Positions 12,246 through 27,166 of a stretch of DNA of 64,000 nucleotides are shown in pieces. The stretch covers positions 125,488,001-125,552,000 of the forward strand of contig OZ024741.1 of NCBI GenBank assembly GCA_964016885.1. The letters are read 5' to 3'. This stretch comes from Eledone cirrhosa (Eukaryota). The notes under the pieces were generated by a model. That model saw only the letters and a program-made list of their open reading frames with translations. It was not told the origin of the DNA and did no database searches. The position numbers and the translations under genes were made by a program. How positions within the stretch are numbered: the first letter of the stretch is position 1; each line of letters starts with the position of its first letter.

Positions 12246-13955
12246 CCTAACAATAGTATAACAGCAGCAGCAATAGCAAGAACAGCAGCAGTTACAGCAA
12301 TAACATGAACTAACAGTAACAGCAGCAACATCAGCAGAGACAACAGTAGCAACAGCAACAAGAACAACCAGACCAGCAATGACAATTTACACACTAGCAA
12401 CAACAACAACAGCAGCAGCAACAACAACAACAAAAGCAGTGGCTGCAGCAACAGCAGTAGCAATGACAACAAAGATAACAACAACAGCAAAGATAACAAC
12501 AACATTTGTGTTTGAAAAAGCTAATGTATTCAATGACAAAGCAACAAGAACTACAACAATAAAAACACAACAGCAGCAATAAAAACAACATCAGTTTCCC
12601 TTCACTAATGTGTTTGAAAATGCTAATTTATTCAAATCAACATCAACAGAAAATTTTCTGTTGATGGAATTGAAATTTAACACTGTCCATTTATTTCATT
12701 CAACTTGTTGTATATACAGGTATACCTTGGCTTATGTTGTTTCGGGTTTCGTCATTTTAATATTATATGGCAAAAATAAGGCAACGAATTGGTAGAATCG
12801 TTAGAACGTTGGATAGAATGCTTTATGGTATTCATTTCGGCTTTCTGCTCTCTGAGTTCAAATCCGGCCAAAATCAACTTTACCTTTCATCCATTCAAGG
12901 TCGATAAAAAAAAAAAAGAAAAAAAAAAAAAGGATCAGTCTAGTACAGGAGTCGATTCTTTCTCTATATCTCTTTCTCACTTCCATTCTTTCACTCCCTA
13001 CCCTTGTCTGGAAGAAATCTGCTTTATTCAGACCTGGAGAGAAGATGGGCTCTGCCAGCTTTAAAAATGCCTTAGAAATGGCACATATCAATATGGCACC
13101 ACTACGAATCTCTCAAGAGTTACAGGACCATGTATATTGCAAAAATAACCTCTTGTAATGTTGATTGTCTCCACTTTGTCGATCAACCAAAAATATCAAA
13201 CCATAACAAAAAAATAAATAAAATTAAAATATATAAAATCACATTCAAATAAATGCTAAAATATATATTACAGTACAGCCCTGGGGAATGCCTGTTAGCA
13301 GTTTAGAGGGGGTGATTAATTTGACATTCGTCATTTTGTGACTTAAGTCTTGATTTCTATACATACAATACCGCAGAATTAGTGGTCACATAGAACACAC
13401 AGGGAGATAGTGTACCTTTCTGATTTAATCCAGGTACACCATATTCCTGTGTGTCAAAAGAGGCAACTATAAAGGTTGGTATGTGGTTGTGTGTGTGAAG
13501 GTGTGTGGCTTTGTGGTTAGAAAGTTGGATTCACAATTGTGAGATTGTGAGTTTGATTCCCATGCAGGGCGATACAATGTGTCCTTGAGCAAAACACTTT
13601 ATTTCATGTTGTTTCAGTTCACTCAACTGTAGAAATGAATTGCGACATCACTGGTGCCAACTGTGTTGGCTTTGGACAGCATAAGTGGTGTGGAGAGGGG
13701 AGGCAGGTATGCATGAGCGACTGCTGGTCTTCCAGAGGGGAACTTTCTAGGTGAAAATTCCACGGTCATCTGTGACCAAAGGGAATCTTTACCCTTTATA
13801 TATATATAAATATATATACAGACACACATAGGCATGGCTGTGTAGTTAAAGAGATCAGTTCAGTCCCTGTATCTGGCACATTGGGCAAGTGTCTTCTACT
13901 ACAGCCTCTTTGTGTGTGTGTGTGGGTGTGGGTGTGGGTGTAAATGTCTGCTTGT

Positions 13956-14073
<118 letters not shown>

Positions 14074-15497
14074 TCTGCTTGTGATGTGTGTGTCTGTGTA
14101 TTTGTTTACATCTACTATTTGTTTATACCCTATAATTTATTGCTTTGACACAGAAGCGATACATTAAGTATCAGACTTGGGAAAAATAAGTACTTGAGTT
14201 GATATTATTGACTTACAAGACGGGCAATGGTTAGTTAGTTAGTTAAAGTCTAAGCCTGTTCTAAGTCAAAAGCTCATCAGACCAGTGCTTATCCCTGGTT
14301 TCCTTGGTATTAGGTGACTGAGAGTACTAGACTCTCCCCAGACAGCACGCTGGTCTATCACAGGTTAAACTCCCCAGCTACTGCTGAGACTCTCAGCTGA
14401 GTGTACTGTTGTCACATGAAATAAGATGTTTTACTCAAAAGAACACAACACAAAACCCAGTCCAGGAACCAAACCAATGATATTAATCTTATACCAAGCA
14501 TCTTAACCATTAGGCCATGAGGCTTCATGGTGGCAGTCTAAATACGGAAACCAGCAAAAGCATATGAAAAACTACTAGAATAAGTTCAGTAGAGTACATA
14601 GGTGTATATCTGTGGCTATGTGCCAAAGAAAGGAATCATTTAGTGTATAGTATTCACCAGGTTCTCACACACCTTTTCTCACATTTTCAGATTTATTCAC
14701 TTACATGGCAACTCAATAACTTCTGAAGAATCTTTCACTATTACAACTTCCACCATTCTTCTATTCTTTTACAAGTTTCAATTATTGGAGTAAGGCCAAA
14801 CCGAGGTGCGAGGTACTTATGTCTAAGACATAGTTTATTTACTCTTTCTTCACCTCCCCAGTACTTGCAAACTACTAATTATTTTATTGACTCAGGAAGG
14901 ATGAAAGGAAAAAGCAGAATTTGAACTCAGGCTGTGGAGCATTGCATATTACCAGATCTTTATAAGTGCCAATAATTTCAAGTGGAAGGAAGTTGTAAAA
15001 GAGGAAGACCAAAAGCAAATGTGGGCAGACATGGTAGAAGGTGATCTTCTTAAGGAGCTGAGTCTCATAAAGGGAAGAAACAAGTGGAGAGATACTGTAC
15101 AGGTGACAACTTGTCTAATTCAAGCAAACATGAAAAAAATGACAAAGACAATAATGATGATGGTGGTGGTGGTGGTGGTGGTGGTGGTGGTGGTGGGAGT
15201 GATGATGAGGATGGAGATGATGGAATATATGATGATGGTGATTGTTGTGGTGGTGATGATGGTGATAATGGAATATACAATGGTGGCAGTGGTGGTGATG
15301 ATAAGGATGGTGGATTATGTGGTGCTCGTGGTAGTGGTGGTGGTGGTGATGATGAGGAGGATGATGAAATATATGATGTTGGTGGTGGTGATAATAGAGG
15401 TGATGATGGTGGTGGTGGTGGCGGTGGTGATGAGGATAATGATGGTGATAATGATACAGCTCTGAAATATATATATATATAAGATATATGATTAGTG

Positions 15498-15661
15498 CAG
15501 ACATGAGCAACCTTTTTCAAGCAGTGGGCTGCATAGGATGCTGCTCATCACAAGGTAGGCTGCACTACTAAAAAATTCAAGGTAATTTTAAAATTAGGTG
15601 TGCCCTTCAGAAAGCCAAACAGGCCACATGTGGCTTGTGGGTCACAGTTTGCTCATGACTG
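15498..15661. mobile_element. hAT (Charlie-like) MITE
   Basis: cagacatgagcaa ... ttgctcatgactg inverted ends. A related copy lies near 37007-37297. Confidence 0.5.
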
Positions 15662-16844
15662 GATTAGAGTATAAACATTTATTTTATTTTATTAGAACAT
15701 TCATGTAGTCCAAAAATTCATTAGGAAATTTTGATTGTATATATTTTTGTTTATAGACATAGAAATAAATTGACGAAAGAAATGTATTATTACTTTCTTC
15801 TTGGTTGAAAAATGTATCATGTTTTACCTTGTAAACAGGCTGACCATTAAAAGTTCTAGTTGGAGATAAATGAATCTAATTTTCGTCCTAAATACTACAA
15901 TATAAGAAACTGTATATGCTGTATATACTGTATAAACTGCATACGAAAGACACAGTCAGTGGATCTGACTTGTCTCACATTGGGACAACCCATCTAACCC
16001 ATGCAGGCATGGAAAAATGGATGTTAAACAGTGACGATGATGATGATGATGATGATGGCTTGTGTATAGATCACAACTTGCTTCATGAAAATATGACATG
16101 AAAAACCAACATAGTAACTAGAAAACCTCAATTTAAAATATATATGAGATATTATGTCAAAAGACAAGACAACTTCACCTCTGCACTTGATAGAACATAT
16201 GAATACAGACCCCTCAGCCTGTTTGGGAGGACAGTAGCCCTGCTTCAGTACTGACTCAGTCTATGTAGACCCACCCAACCCTTGCTAGCAGGGAAAGCTG
16301 ACATTAAATGATGATGATGATGATGATGATGGTAAATACTATATAAATATTGTAAATGTTGTATGATGGTATGTGTATCAGGTTTAGAATAGATACACCA
16401 TATCCCTATATGTTTTAAAGGGCAACTGAAAGAGCTGGCACCAGAAAGGGCAACTGGCTGTAAAATATTTCGCTAATCCACCACAATGTATTGCTACTTT
16501 ATTTTATCTACACCAAAAATATAAACGGCAAAGTTGACCTTGATGAGATTGTAACTCAGAATGCAGACCACTGGAACAAACACTGTAAGATATTTTGTCC
16601 AAGGCAGTGATCATAAGGTCATGAGTTCAATTCCTGAGCCTGGCATTGTGTTGTGCTCTTGAGCAACACCCTTCATTTCTCATGGCTTTTTATGATAGGA
16701 ACTGGGTCCCTGTCATTCAAAACACCTAAGAAACCTCCTATGAGACAGAACCACCAATGAGGCCACTAAACCTACATACATGTGAGCTGTAAATTTCATT
16801 TCATATTTTTTTCTACACTGTAAATCCAATAACTATTTCCTACC

Positions 16845-17176
16845 TACACACCACTCCATCAGCACTACCTATACTCCACTCTAACAGCACCACCTACACA
16901 TCACTCCAACAGCACTCCAACAGCACCACCTACACACACTCCAACAGCACCACCTACACACCACTTCAACAGCACTGCAAACACACCACTTCAACAGCAC
17001 TACAAATACACCACCTACACACCACTACAAATACACCACTCCAGCAGCTCCACCTACAGACCACTCCAACACCACCACCTACACACCACTCCAACACCAC
17101 CTACACACCACTCCAACAGCACTACCTATACTCCACTCTAACAGCACCACCTACACACCACTCCAACAGCACTACA
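16845..17176. repeat. Degenerate minisatellite (cacctacacaccactccaacagcac)n
   Basis: Unit of about 25 nt repeated many times. Confidence 0.85.
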
Positions 17177-17294
17177 GTGTCGATCTTTATTCTAATATAC
17201 AATCTCTGGGATTCATATTTCTCTATCTTATGTAACTAGCAACTTGAGAACCAACACATCAATGTTAAAAGATGGTGAGGTTTATGTTCCACCT

Positions 17295-17655
17295 CACAAG
17301 CACAACCTCCACCACAACCACAACCACAACAACCACCACCACCACCACCACTACCCTCACCACCACCACCATCACCACCTACACCATCCCCACCCTCACC
17401 ACCACCACCATCATCACCTACACCACCACCATCACTACCACCCTCCCCACCATCACCACCATCATCACCTACACCACCACCATCACCACCACCCTCCCCA
17501 TCATCACCTACACCACCACCACCATCACCACCCTCAATCTCCAACTTCACTTCACTACTACAACACTATAACCAGTACCATCAATCTGTTGAAAAACAAC
17601 AAACCCCTAACCTTATTCAGTGCAGAAGTTATCAAAGGAATAATTGTTGTTGTTG

Positions 17656-17708
<53 letters not shown>

Positions 17709-18847
17709 CGATAGATAGATAGATAGAGTGGGATGGGAGAGAGAGTGAGAGAAACTATCCATGAGTAAAAATAGAAATGATATCGTTATTATTGATGTTG
17801 TTGTTGGAATAGGGAGGGGGGGAGACAGGGGAGATAGAAAGAGAAAGTAGGAAAGTGTCGAAATAGAAATAGTGTGGTTGTTATTGTTGTTGTTTTAAAT
17901 AGATATAGGGAGGGGGGGGGAGAAAGAGAGAGCAAGTATGAAAGTTTTGTTGTTGTTGTATAACATGGATATAGAGAGGGGGAGGAGAGAGGTGATAGGA
18001 GGAGGGAAGAGAGGTGATAGGAGGAGGAGAGAAAGTATGAAAGTGTCGAAATTGGAATAGTGTTGTTGTTATTGTTGTTGTATAACATGGATATAGAGAG
18101 GGGGAGGAGAGAGGTGATAGGAGGAGGAGAGAAAGAGGAATAGTGTTGTTGTTGTTGTTGTTATCTGACATGGAGAAAAGAGAGCATGGTGATGACTTGT
18201 GAGCTTCTGATCAGTGGATCAATTATTGATTTTGGTTAGTTTTTTCCTGTTGAATTATTTTGTTTTTCTCTTTTCTTGTTTTATGATCTGAAGCTTATTG
18301 TTGTTGTTGCTGTTGTTGTTGTTGTTGTGAGGTGAGGTGAGGTGGTGTGGTGTGGTGTGGTGGTCGTGGTGGTGGTGGTGGTGGTTGTCGTGGTGGTGGT
18401 GGTCGTCGTCGTGATCGTGGTTGTTGTGGTCGTGGTTGTTGTTGTGGTGGTGGTCGTTGTTGTGGTTGTGATGGTGGTGGTGGTGGTGGTTGTCGTGGTG
18501 GTCGTCGTCGTGATGGTGGTGGTGGTGGTGATGGTGGTGGTTGTTGTGGTCGTGGTTGTTGTGGTCGTGGTGGTGGTGGTTGTTATGGTTGTGATGGTGG
18601 TGGTGGTGGTGGTGTGGTTGTGATGGTGGTGGTGGTTGTGGTGGTGGTGGTGGTTGTCGTGGTGGTGGTGGTCGTGGTCGTGATGGTGGTGGTGGTCGTG
18701 GTGATGGCGGTGATGGTGGTGGTTGTCGTGGTTGTGGTTGTGATGGTGGTGGTTGTTGTGGTTGTGATGGTGATGGTGGTGGTGGTTGTCGTGCCCGTGG
18801 TGGTGGTCGTCGTGGTCGTGATGGTGGTAGTGGTGGTGGTGTCTGAG

Positions 18848-18879
<32 letters not shown>

Positions 18880-20340
18880 GGTGGAGGTAGGGATGGTTGT
18901 GTTGTTGTCTGAGGTTTGATGATGGTGGTGGGGAGTTGTCTGAGGTATGATGGTGGTGGTAGTGGTAGTGGTGGTGGTATTTTTGTTGTCTTAAGTATGG
19001 TGGTGTTGGTGGTGGTGGCGGTAGTGGTGGTGGTGGCGGTGTTGTTGGTAGTGGTGGTGGTGGTGGTGGTGGTGGTGGTGTTGGTGGTGGTGGTGGTGGT
19101 GGTGGTGTTGGTGGTGTTGGTGTTGGTGGTGGTGGTGGTGGTGTTGGTGACGGTGGTGGTGGTGGTGGTGTTGGTGGCGGTGGTGGTGGTGGTGTTGGTG
19201 GTGGTGGTGTTGGTGGTGGTGTTGGTGGTGGTGGTGGTGGTGGTGGTGGTGGTGGTGTTGGTGGCGGTGGTGGTGGTGGTGTTGGTGGTGGTGGTGTTGG
19301 TGGTGGTGGTGGTGGTGGTGGTAATAATACCAAGGAATAATCTTGTGAGATTCTCTTCTTGGTAACAGATCATCAGATCAATTATTGATTTTTGTTTTGT
19401 TGTTTGTAATGCTTGTTTGTTTTGTTAAGTTTATTTTATTTTTCATTTTTGAAGCAAAGTTGGTTTGACATGCTTTGAGATAGTGACAAATCATTACAGT
19501 GTTGTGGTGGTGGTGGCGGTGGTGGGAGTGTTGGTGACAGTATAGGTGGTGGTAGTGGTGCTGCTGGTGGCGGCAGTATTGGTGGTAGTGCTGGTGGGGG
19601 TGGGTGGGGGGTATTTGTGGTGGGGGTGTTGGGGTGGTATTGGTGGTGGTGGTGACAGTATAGGTGGTGGTAGTGGTGCTGCTGGTGGCGGCAGTATTGG
19701 TGGTGGTGGTGGTGGTGACAGTATTGGTGGTGGGAGTGTTGGTGGTGGTATTGGTGGTGGTGGTTGTGGTGGTGACAGTATTGGTGATGGTATTGGTGTG
19801 GTAGTGGGAGTGTTATTGTTGTCGGTGGTGGTATTGTAATGTTGTTAGTGGTGGTGGTGGTGATGGGAATGCTGCTGTTGATGTTGGCGGTGGAGGGGGG
19901 TGGGGGGTGATAACGGGTGTTGTTGCTGTTGTTGTCAGTGGTGGTGGTGTAATATTGTAGTTGTTAATAATTGTTTCTACTTTAGACACAAGGCCAGCAA
20001 TTACCCAGTGCATTACTGGTACTATATTTTATCGACTTGTTAATAATGGTGGGAGTGCAGGTGGGATTGGTGGTGGTGAAGTTGCTGCTGCTGGTGTTGT
20101 TGTTATTGTTATTGTTATTGTTGCTGCTGCTGGTGTTGTTGTTATTGTTATTGTTGCTGCTGCTGGTGTTGTTGTTATTGTTATTGTTGCTGCTCCTGGT
20201 GTTGTTGTTATTGTTATTGTTGCTGCTGCTGCTGGTGTTGTTGTTGTTATTGTTATTGTTATTGTTATTGTTGCTGCTGCTGGTGTTGTTGTTATTGTTA
20301 TTGTTGCTGGTGTTGTTGTTATTGTTATTGTTGCTGCTGA
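17295..20340. repeat. Low-complexity block: (CAC)n, (GATA)n, GA-rich duplications, long (GGT/GTT)n and (GCT/GTT/ATT)n
   Basis: Seen directly. This block explains the poly-H/T/P/V/G ORFs. Confidence 0.9.
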
Positions 20341-20692
20341 TCAGAGAGTGAGGAGTTCCACTATGTTGCATATCAAATTTATATCAAATGTATTAAGTTC
20401 TTTGATGACAGTATGAAATAACTAAACCAAAAGTCAATAATATCATCGTTGAAACCATTATTTCATAAGCAATGATTCTTCTGTAATGGAATTATCCACA
20501 ATCCATACACAGACAATAGCAAAGATATGTGGGGGGAGAATTATGAGAGGGAAGAGCTATTGTTAAACACTGTTAAACACAGTGGAAGGGAAGTGTTAAT
20601 ATAGCATAAAAATACTTTTAAATCAGCTTGGTTCTTTTTTTTTTTGTTTTGTTTATTTGTTGTGTATGTGTGTGTGCGTGCGTGTGTGAAAC

Positions 20693-20766
<74 letters not shown>

Positions 20767-20915
20767 GCATATACATATATATGTATATATTCATATATGT
20801 TTGTGTGTGTGTGTATATATATATATAATATAGAAGTTAAAAACAATAACAAAGAGAGCAGTACAAACAGTGTTGGTATTAGGTTCACGCTTGAGAGTGG
20901 GGGAGGGAGGAAGGG

Positions 20916-21001
<86 letters not shown>

Positions 21002-21024
21002 GCGTGCGTGCGTGTGTGTGTAAA

Positions 21025-21447
21025 TCTATATATATAAAGTTGTGGTTCCTGTCTGTTTGTTCACGAACTCCTCCTATGGTTTTGGAGATAGACCCCCCTA
21101 ACCATATATATTCTGAAACTGCATTACCCAGGTTATTGGGTAAGTATATTTCATTTTAATCAAAGGGTTCCCCAGGGGCACAAACCCCTGCTGAAAGTTT
21201 TTCCCCTTCGATTTATATGAAATTTAAACCATAAGTAAATGACAAGATATAATGCCTATTCACAAAATTTCAGCAAATTTCAATAATATAAAGACACTCT
21301 AATGGGGTTAAACCACCTATTAGGGTTCCCTAATAAGTTTTCTCCATAAATTTTCCTCCATAAATTATATCACTGATTTAAAATCAATCATCATTTTCTT
21401 ACAAAAGGAATGTGTGAAACGCAGCAAGGCACAGGTAATTCGGCTAG
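21025..21447 (+). mobile_element. Non-autonomous Helitron inserted in (GT)n
   Basis: 5' TCTATATATATAAAGTTGTGG resembles the copy at 2386, and the 3' end is CTAG|T. The terminal hairpin is degenerate. Confidence 0.6.
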
Positions 21448-21929
21448 TAAATGTGTGTGTGTGTGTGTGTGTGTACAGTATATACAGGTACAAGCCAAAG
21501 CTGAAGCATTTAAACAGTATGCCCCCACCCCCACCACAGTAAAGTGGTCGTGTAGGTGTCAGTAAAATAGCACCCAGTTCTCACTGTAAATGAGGTTGGT
21601 GCTAGGAAGGGCATCCATCTGTAGAAATCAAGCCAAAATCAGTTCTGTATGAGCTAGCATTGCCAACAACAGGAAAACCCATCTAACCCTTACTAGAATG
21701 GAAGAATGGATGTAAAACGGTGATGATGATGATATGTTGTCCACCTACACCTCTCTAAGACAATGACACTGGATCGAGACCTTTGGCGCCATGCAGTTGT
21801 ACAGAAGACTCGACTACCATTGCATACAAACCTAATCAGTAGGCACTTCTTAACTCCATGTACACCCCACCATCACACCCTACCCCACCCTCTCTCGTTC
21901 CGTACACTCTGTCAATGACACAACAATCC

Positions 21930-22148
21930 ACACTGTAAGGTGGCCGTGTAGGAAACACAGTGAAAAGGCTCCCAGTCCACACTGTAAATGTGGTTGGTGT
22001 TAGGAAGGGCACCCAGATGTAAAAAGAACCTGCCAGAGACGCTTCCGTGCAAGCGAGACTTGGTCTCCCGACCATTCCCGCATCAAATGGAACAAAGCCA
22101 TCTAACCCATGCTAGCGTGGAAGATGGACATTAAATGACGATGATGAT
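21930..22148 (+). mobile_element. Interspersed repeat family 2 (SINE-like, (GAT)n tail)
   Basis: cactgtaaatgtggttggtgttaggaagggcatccag...cccatgctagc..gga(gat)n. Further copies lie near 21540, 24280, 45845, 47370 and 63915. Confidence 0.75.
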
Positions 22149-22913
22149 ATATATGTATATATATAATATAGGGATAAGTATTAAAATCTCAGAACTCCTT
22201 GTGGAGTCATAGAGGCATCATCATGCGCCATGTCTAGGGCACTTTTAAAACCGGTGGAGCCCAACCCTCTCCAGGTCTGAACACCTCAATAGAGGAAGAA
22301 TCAACCCCAGTACTGGACTGGTACTTTTGTATCGACCTCGAAAAGATGAAAGGCAAAGTTCATCCTGACGAGATTTGAACTGAGATCATGCAATGAGGTG
22401 GGACAAATACCATAAAGGATTCTATCCGATGTCTTAACGACTCTGCCAATTCACCGCCATGTGTGTGTGCGTGCGTGCGTGCGTGCGTGCGTGCGTGTGT
22501 GTGTGTGTGTGTACATACATGGGCTGAATTGGCAGATTCATAAGAACAGCTTTGCAGTATTTGTTTCAACTATCTGCTCTCATCATCATCATCACCGTTT
22601 TACGTCCGTTCTTCCATTCTCTGAGTTCAAATCCCACCAAGGCCAAATTTGCCTTTCATCCTTTGTACTGTGGTCGATTTTTCCTCTATAACTCTTTCTC
22701 ACTTCCTCTCTTTCACTATCTATCCTTCTCTGACAGAAATCTGCTGCATTCAGACCCAGAGAGGGATGGGTTCCCCCAGGTTTAAAAATACACTAGAAAC
22801 ACCTTATGTTAATATGGTACCATCAGTTACAGGACCATGCATGCATATACATACATACACACCCATATACATACATATATATATATATATATATACACAC
22901 ACAGACATATATA

Positions 22914-24180
22914 CGAGGGCCAGCTGAAAAGATGATAGGCCAACTATGAAGGAGTGATGCCCGAGCTATGAAATGTTGTATGCTTTAATTCCAACTCTTC
23001 TTATTAATAACTATATTGTCTGCTTCCAGGTAAACTGACATTTGATTGTTCCAAGAAGACTTCAAAAGTAACTAGTAGCAATTTTTCTTGAAAATAGGGC
23101 ATCGTAGTGCTTTCAAGTACATGCAGAAAAAAGGTTTAGTCCCCCAAGGACATTCATTCTGACATGGTTGCTACATAAGGGGTGATGCTCAAGCTTTAAC
23201 AACAGTGGAAAAGTTGACAGCTGCAGTTAAGAGAAGGGAGAGTTTTGAAGATAACCAAAGGTCTGGACATCCTGCAACTGCTAGCACCAAGGAAAACATT
23301 GGTCATGTTCACCACATGGTGATGGATGACAGGCAATTGACTATAAATCAAATAGCCAATGTTATTAACATATCCCATGGGAGAGTTGAGAATATGCTTC
23401 ACAATGAACTTGGCATGACAAAGGTTTCTGCTCAGTGGATGCCACATCTTCTGACACCTGATCAAAAGCGCACCAGGCTGATCACATTACAGGAAAATCT
23501 GACATTGTTTGAGGCAAATCCAGTTGCTTTCTTCAAACCTTTTCTAACCCAGGAGGAGTGTTGGGTTTATCACTTTGAGCCAGAGACAAAGAGACAATCC
23601 ATGCAGTGGGAACACCCTCCTCACCTGCTCCAATGAAAACCAAGGTCATTTCATTTACAGGAAAGGTGATGGCCTCAATTTTGGGGGATGCAAAAGGCAT
23701 TGTTTATTGACTTCAGAAGCATCATTAATGAAGAGTAATACTATGCTGCACCATTAATGAAGAGTAATACTATGCTAACGTGCTGAGGCAGTTACGAAAG
23801 GCTATCAAGGCCAAACACCCAGAAAAACTGATGAAAGGGGTCTGGTTTCAATGGCTGGTGTGCGGAACTATGGCTTTGAACTGATTGATCACTCTCCCCA
23901 TTCTCCTTATTTGGATACATTTGACTATCATCTGTTCTCTAACATGAAAAAAACACTTGACTGGGAACCAGTATCACAGTGATAATGATGTCATATCTGC
24001 TATTGATGACTTTTTTGACAAACAGGATGAAAGCTTCTTCCCCAATGAGATCCAAGCACTGCAATATTGATGGAAGAAGTGTGTGGAGTACAAGGGGGAT
24101 TGTGTTGAAATATAAACCTCATTTGGTCACATTCCATGAGAGTATGTTGGTCAGCTTATGAACTTTGCAGCTGGTCGTCG
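22914..24180 (+). mobile_element. Full-length decayed mariner transposon (about 1267 bp)
   Basis: TA target duplications and imperfect TIRs (cgagggccagctgaaaag / ctttgcagctggtcgtcg). Transposase remnants include WMPHLLT (WVPHEL-like) and HSPYLDTFDYHLF (YSPDLAP-like), with stops and frameshifts. Confidence 0.9.
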
Positions 24181-24502
24181 TATACACACGCACGCACGCA
24201 TATCCAACCCATGCAAGTGTGGAAAAACACGTAAAAACAATAATGATATATGTATATATGAATGCACACATATGTGTAGGTAACACGGTAGGTAACACGG
24301 TAAAAGGTTCCCAGTTCCACACTGTAAATGTGGTTGGTGTTAAGGGCATCCAGCCGTAGAAAGCCTGCCAGATAGTCCTATACGAGCGAGACACGGTCAC
24401 CCGACCAACCTTGCCTCAAGTGGCACAACTCCCATCTAACCCATGCTAGCATGGAATATAGCCGTTAAATGATGATGATATCTATTTATGTACATACATC
24501 AT

Positions 24503-24534
<32 letters not shown>

Positions 24535-24800
24535 GGAGGAGGTTATAGTTCACTTGAAGCATTGTGTAATGAGGTATAAACGTTTGTATATGTATAATAA
24601 AGCCAAAACAATGCAGGTATGGACATAGAATAAAGAATGCAAGTGCAAAAGATATTGTTGACAATTAGTCTTTTACCTTAGATTTATTTAAATGTCCTTA
24701 ATTTTCGAGATAATATCTCTTCTTCAGAGGGAAGTAAAGCTGTTAAGCTGTTAAACCAGTATTCTATGTCCATACGTGCATTGTTTTGGCTTTATTATAC

Positions 24801-24807
<7 letters not shown>
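24535..24807. mobile_element. Small element between (TA)n tracts with 48-bp inverted repeats (24585-24632 / 24760-24807) enclosing a hammerhead-like core
   Basis: The inverted repeat has one mismatch. Minus-strand core at 24696-24730: cct-CTGAAGA-agagatattatctc-GAAA-AT-TA-agg. Confidence 0.55.
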
Positions 24808-24865
<58 letters not shown>

Positions 24866-25041
24866 TGTGTGTCTATGTATGTGTGTATACAGTATCCACA
24901 GTGCCAGAGCCAGTAGGCCACAAATCAGGGTAGTAAGCTATGCATGATAAGATGCAGAGAGGGTATAGTGAAGAGGTAAAATCCCCAAAATTTTGTAAAA
25001 CTCAAGTTTAAATGGCTGAGCTTGCCATAAGGATTTCACCT

Positions 25042-25095
<54 letters not shown>

Positions 25096-25242
25096 TATTT
25101 TCCGTTGTGTTGTAATATAAATATTACACACAGTAGATTATCAGCTCACGTAGAGTTTGCTCGACGGTTCCAGTTGTAGTTCCAAAAGTAATCCGGAGAA
25201 AAATAGAAAGATTTGAATGGATACAGTTTAGTTGAAAGGAAT

Positions 25243-25359
25243 TTATTGACACGTGTTTCTATAACAGTTACATAACCTAAAACAGCTATCTACAAACTTT
25301 TAGTTATGCAGACATTCAATATTTCAATGTTATTATTTACTGTCATTTCATCAGAATAA
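25243..25359 (-). ncRNA. Type-I hammerhead ribozyme (left arm)
   Basis: Mirror image of 27751-27867. Confidence 0.85.
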
Positions 25360-25943
25360 TATTACTGAGGACCTATTTAGTTTTTATAGAGAATATTAGG
25401 AGGAAGGGGTGAAGTTGTTAGAAGAATAGTTGAAGGAGTGGTTTTTCGATAGCAGTGAGAATTCTTGGTGGCAGTGAGTAATTAGATTCCCATCTGTTGT
25501 TTTGACATTTTTTATAGAATATATTATTGGTTATTTTTCTAAATCTATAGAAGGATTAGAGATAGTAAAGATATGCGTGGTTGGTTTTGTGTTTGCACTT
25601 AACATTCAGACTTAAATTTTTCTTTCAAGTGTACGTATTCTTTCACCCACGCATTCACACACAAATATATTTGCACACCTCTACAAAATACATATACTCA
25701 CAATTCACATATTCATACTTACATATATATACACATGCATACACATATATATACACACATGTATTCATGTACATACATACGCGCGCATGTGTATACATTT
25801 TCATACTCAACTTATCTTTATATATACACACGTATAGACACACACATATATACATACATACTCTAGTCCATGTGTACACACATATACATACATACACATC
25901 CATATACACATACATACATACATATATATATATACATATATAC

Positions 25944-25982
<39 letters not shown>

Positions 25983-26005
25983 CACATACATATATACACA
26001 CATAT

Positions 26006-26043
<38 letters not shown>

Positions 26044-26311
26044 GCACTTTAATACATGAATACACTTACATCTAACTATACACATCAAACATATATATAT
26101 ATTTACTTATCTATATACATTTTCACATATATATACATACTTATGGACGTTTTTAGACACATTCATTATCGCATATTTGTACCTATTCTCATCAGCATAT
26201 CTTTTTATTATTAGTATGGTAATTTAAGGTTATTAATATATGTTGAGAAGAAATTGTTTTTATATTTTTCTAACTAGATTAAGGTTTATATAGTTGGGGG
26301 ATGTCCCTCTT

Positions 26312-26560
26312 TTATGTAATATTCGGCTTGTAGTGGGAAAAAAGGGTTTTAGTTCTGTGACGGCAGAATAATGTTCGTTCAATTCTGTTATTCAGCAGTT
26401 TCTTCTTGTGTGTGATTATGTAATAAATCTCAAGATTACACAATTTGCAGAAATTTTGGCTCCTGGAAAAGCTTTGGGTTTTAGCTAATTTTTCCCATTT
26501 TAGGGTAAACTTTTGACTGCTATCCCTGAGCGTCCAAGCTTTCTCTGCTAAAGTTGTTAC
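26312..26560 (-). pseudogene. C-terminal remnant of a Penelope-like GIY-YIG endonuclease region (mirror copy at 26562-26798 on +)
   Basis: Translated by hand: VTTLAEKAWTLRDSSQKFTLKWEKLAKTQSFSRSQNFCKLCNLEIYYIITHKKKLLNNRIERTLFCRHRTKTLFSHYKPNIT*. The W..W..CxxC..E..LLN.R.E....CRH pattern resembles invertebrate PLE C-termini. Confidence 0.75.
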
Positions 26561-27065
26561 AGCAGAGAAAGCTTGGACGCTCAGGGATAGCAGTCAAAAG
26601 TTTACCCTAAAATGGGAAAAATTAGCTAAAACCCAAAGCTTTTCCAGGAGCCAAAATTTCTGCAAATTGTGTAATCTTGAGATTTATTACATAATCACAC
26701 ACAAGAAGAAACTGCTGAATAACAGAATTGAACGAACATTATTCTGCCGTCACAGAACTAAAACCCTTTTTTCCCACTACAAGCCGAATATTACATAAAA
26801 GAGGGACATCCCCCAACTATATAAACCTTAATCTAGTTAGAAAAATATAAAAACAATTTCTTCTCAACATATATTAATAACCTTAAATTACCATACTAAT
26901 AATAAAAAGATATGCTGATGAGAATAGGTACAAATATGCGATAATGAATGTGTCTAAAAACGTCCATAAGTATGTATATATATGTGAAAATGTATATAGA
27001 TAAGTAAATATATATATATGTTTGATGTGTATAGTTAGATGTAAGTGTATTCATGTATTAAAGTG

Positions 27066-27106
<41 letters not shown>

Positions 27107-27129
27107 ATATGTGTGTATATATGTATGTG

Positions 27130-27166
<37 letters not shown>

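Noticed and set aside
14255-14305. Minus-strand GAAAC...CTGATGA resembling a type-II hammerhead (also near 29195-29235)
   Set aside because: Part of a SINE-like repeat body. I found no proper stem III, cleavage triplet and stem I arrangement.
18255-19373. Long poly-Thr/Pro/His ORFs (similar ones at 5804-6370, 10984-11451, 15019-15520 and 17236-17666)
   Set aside because: Translations of simple repeats.
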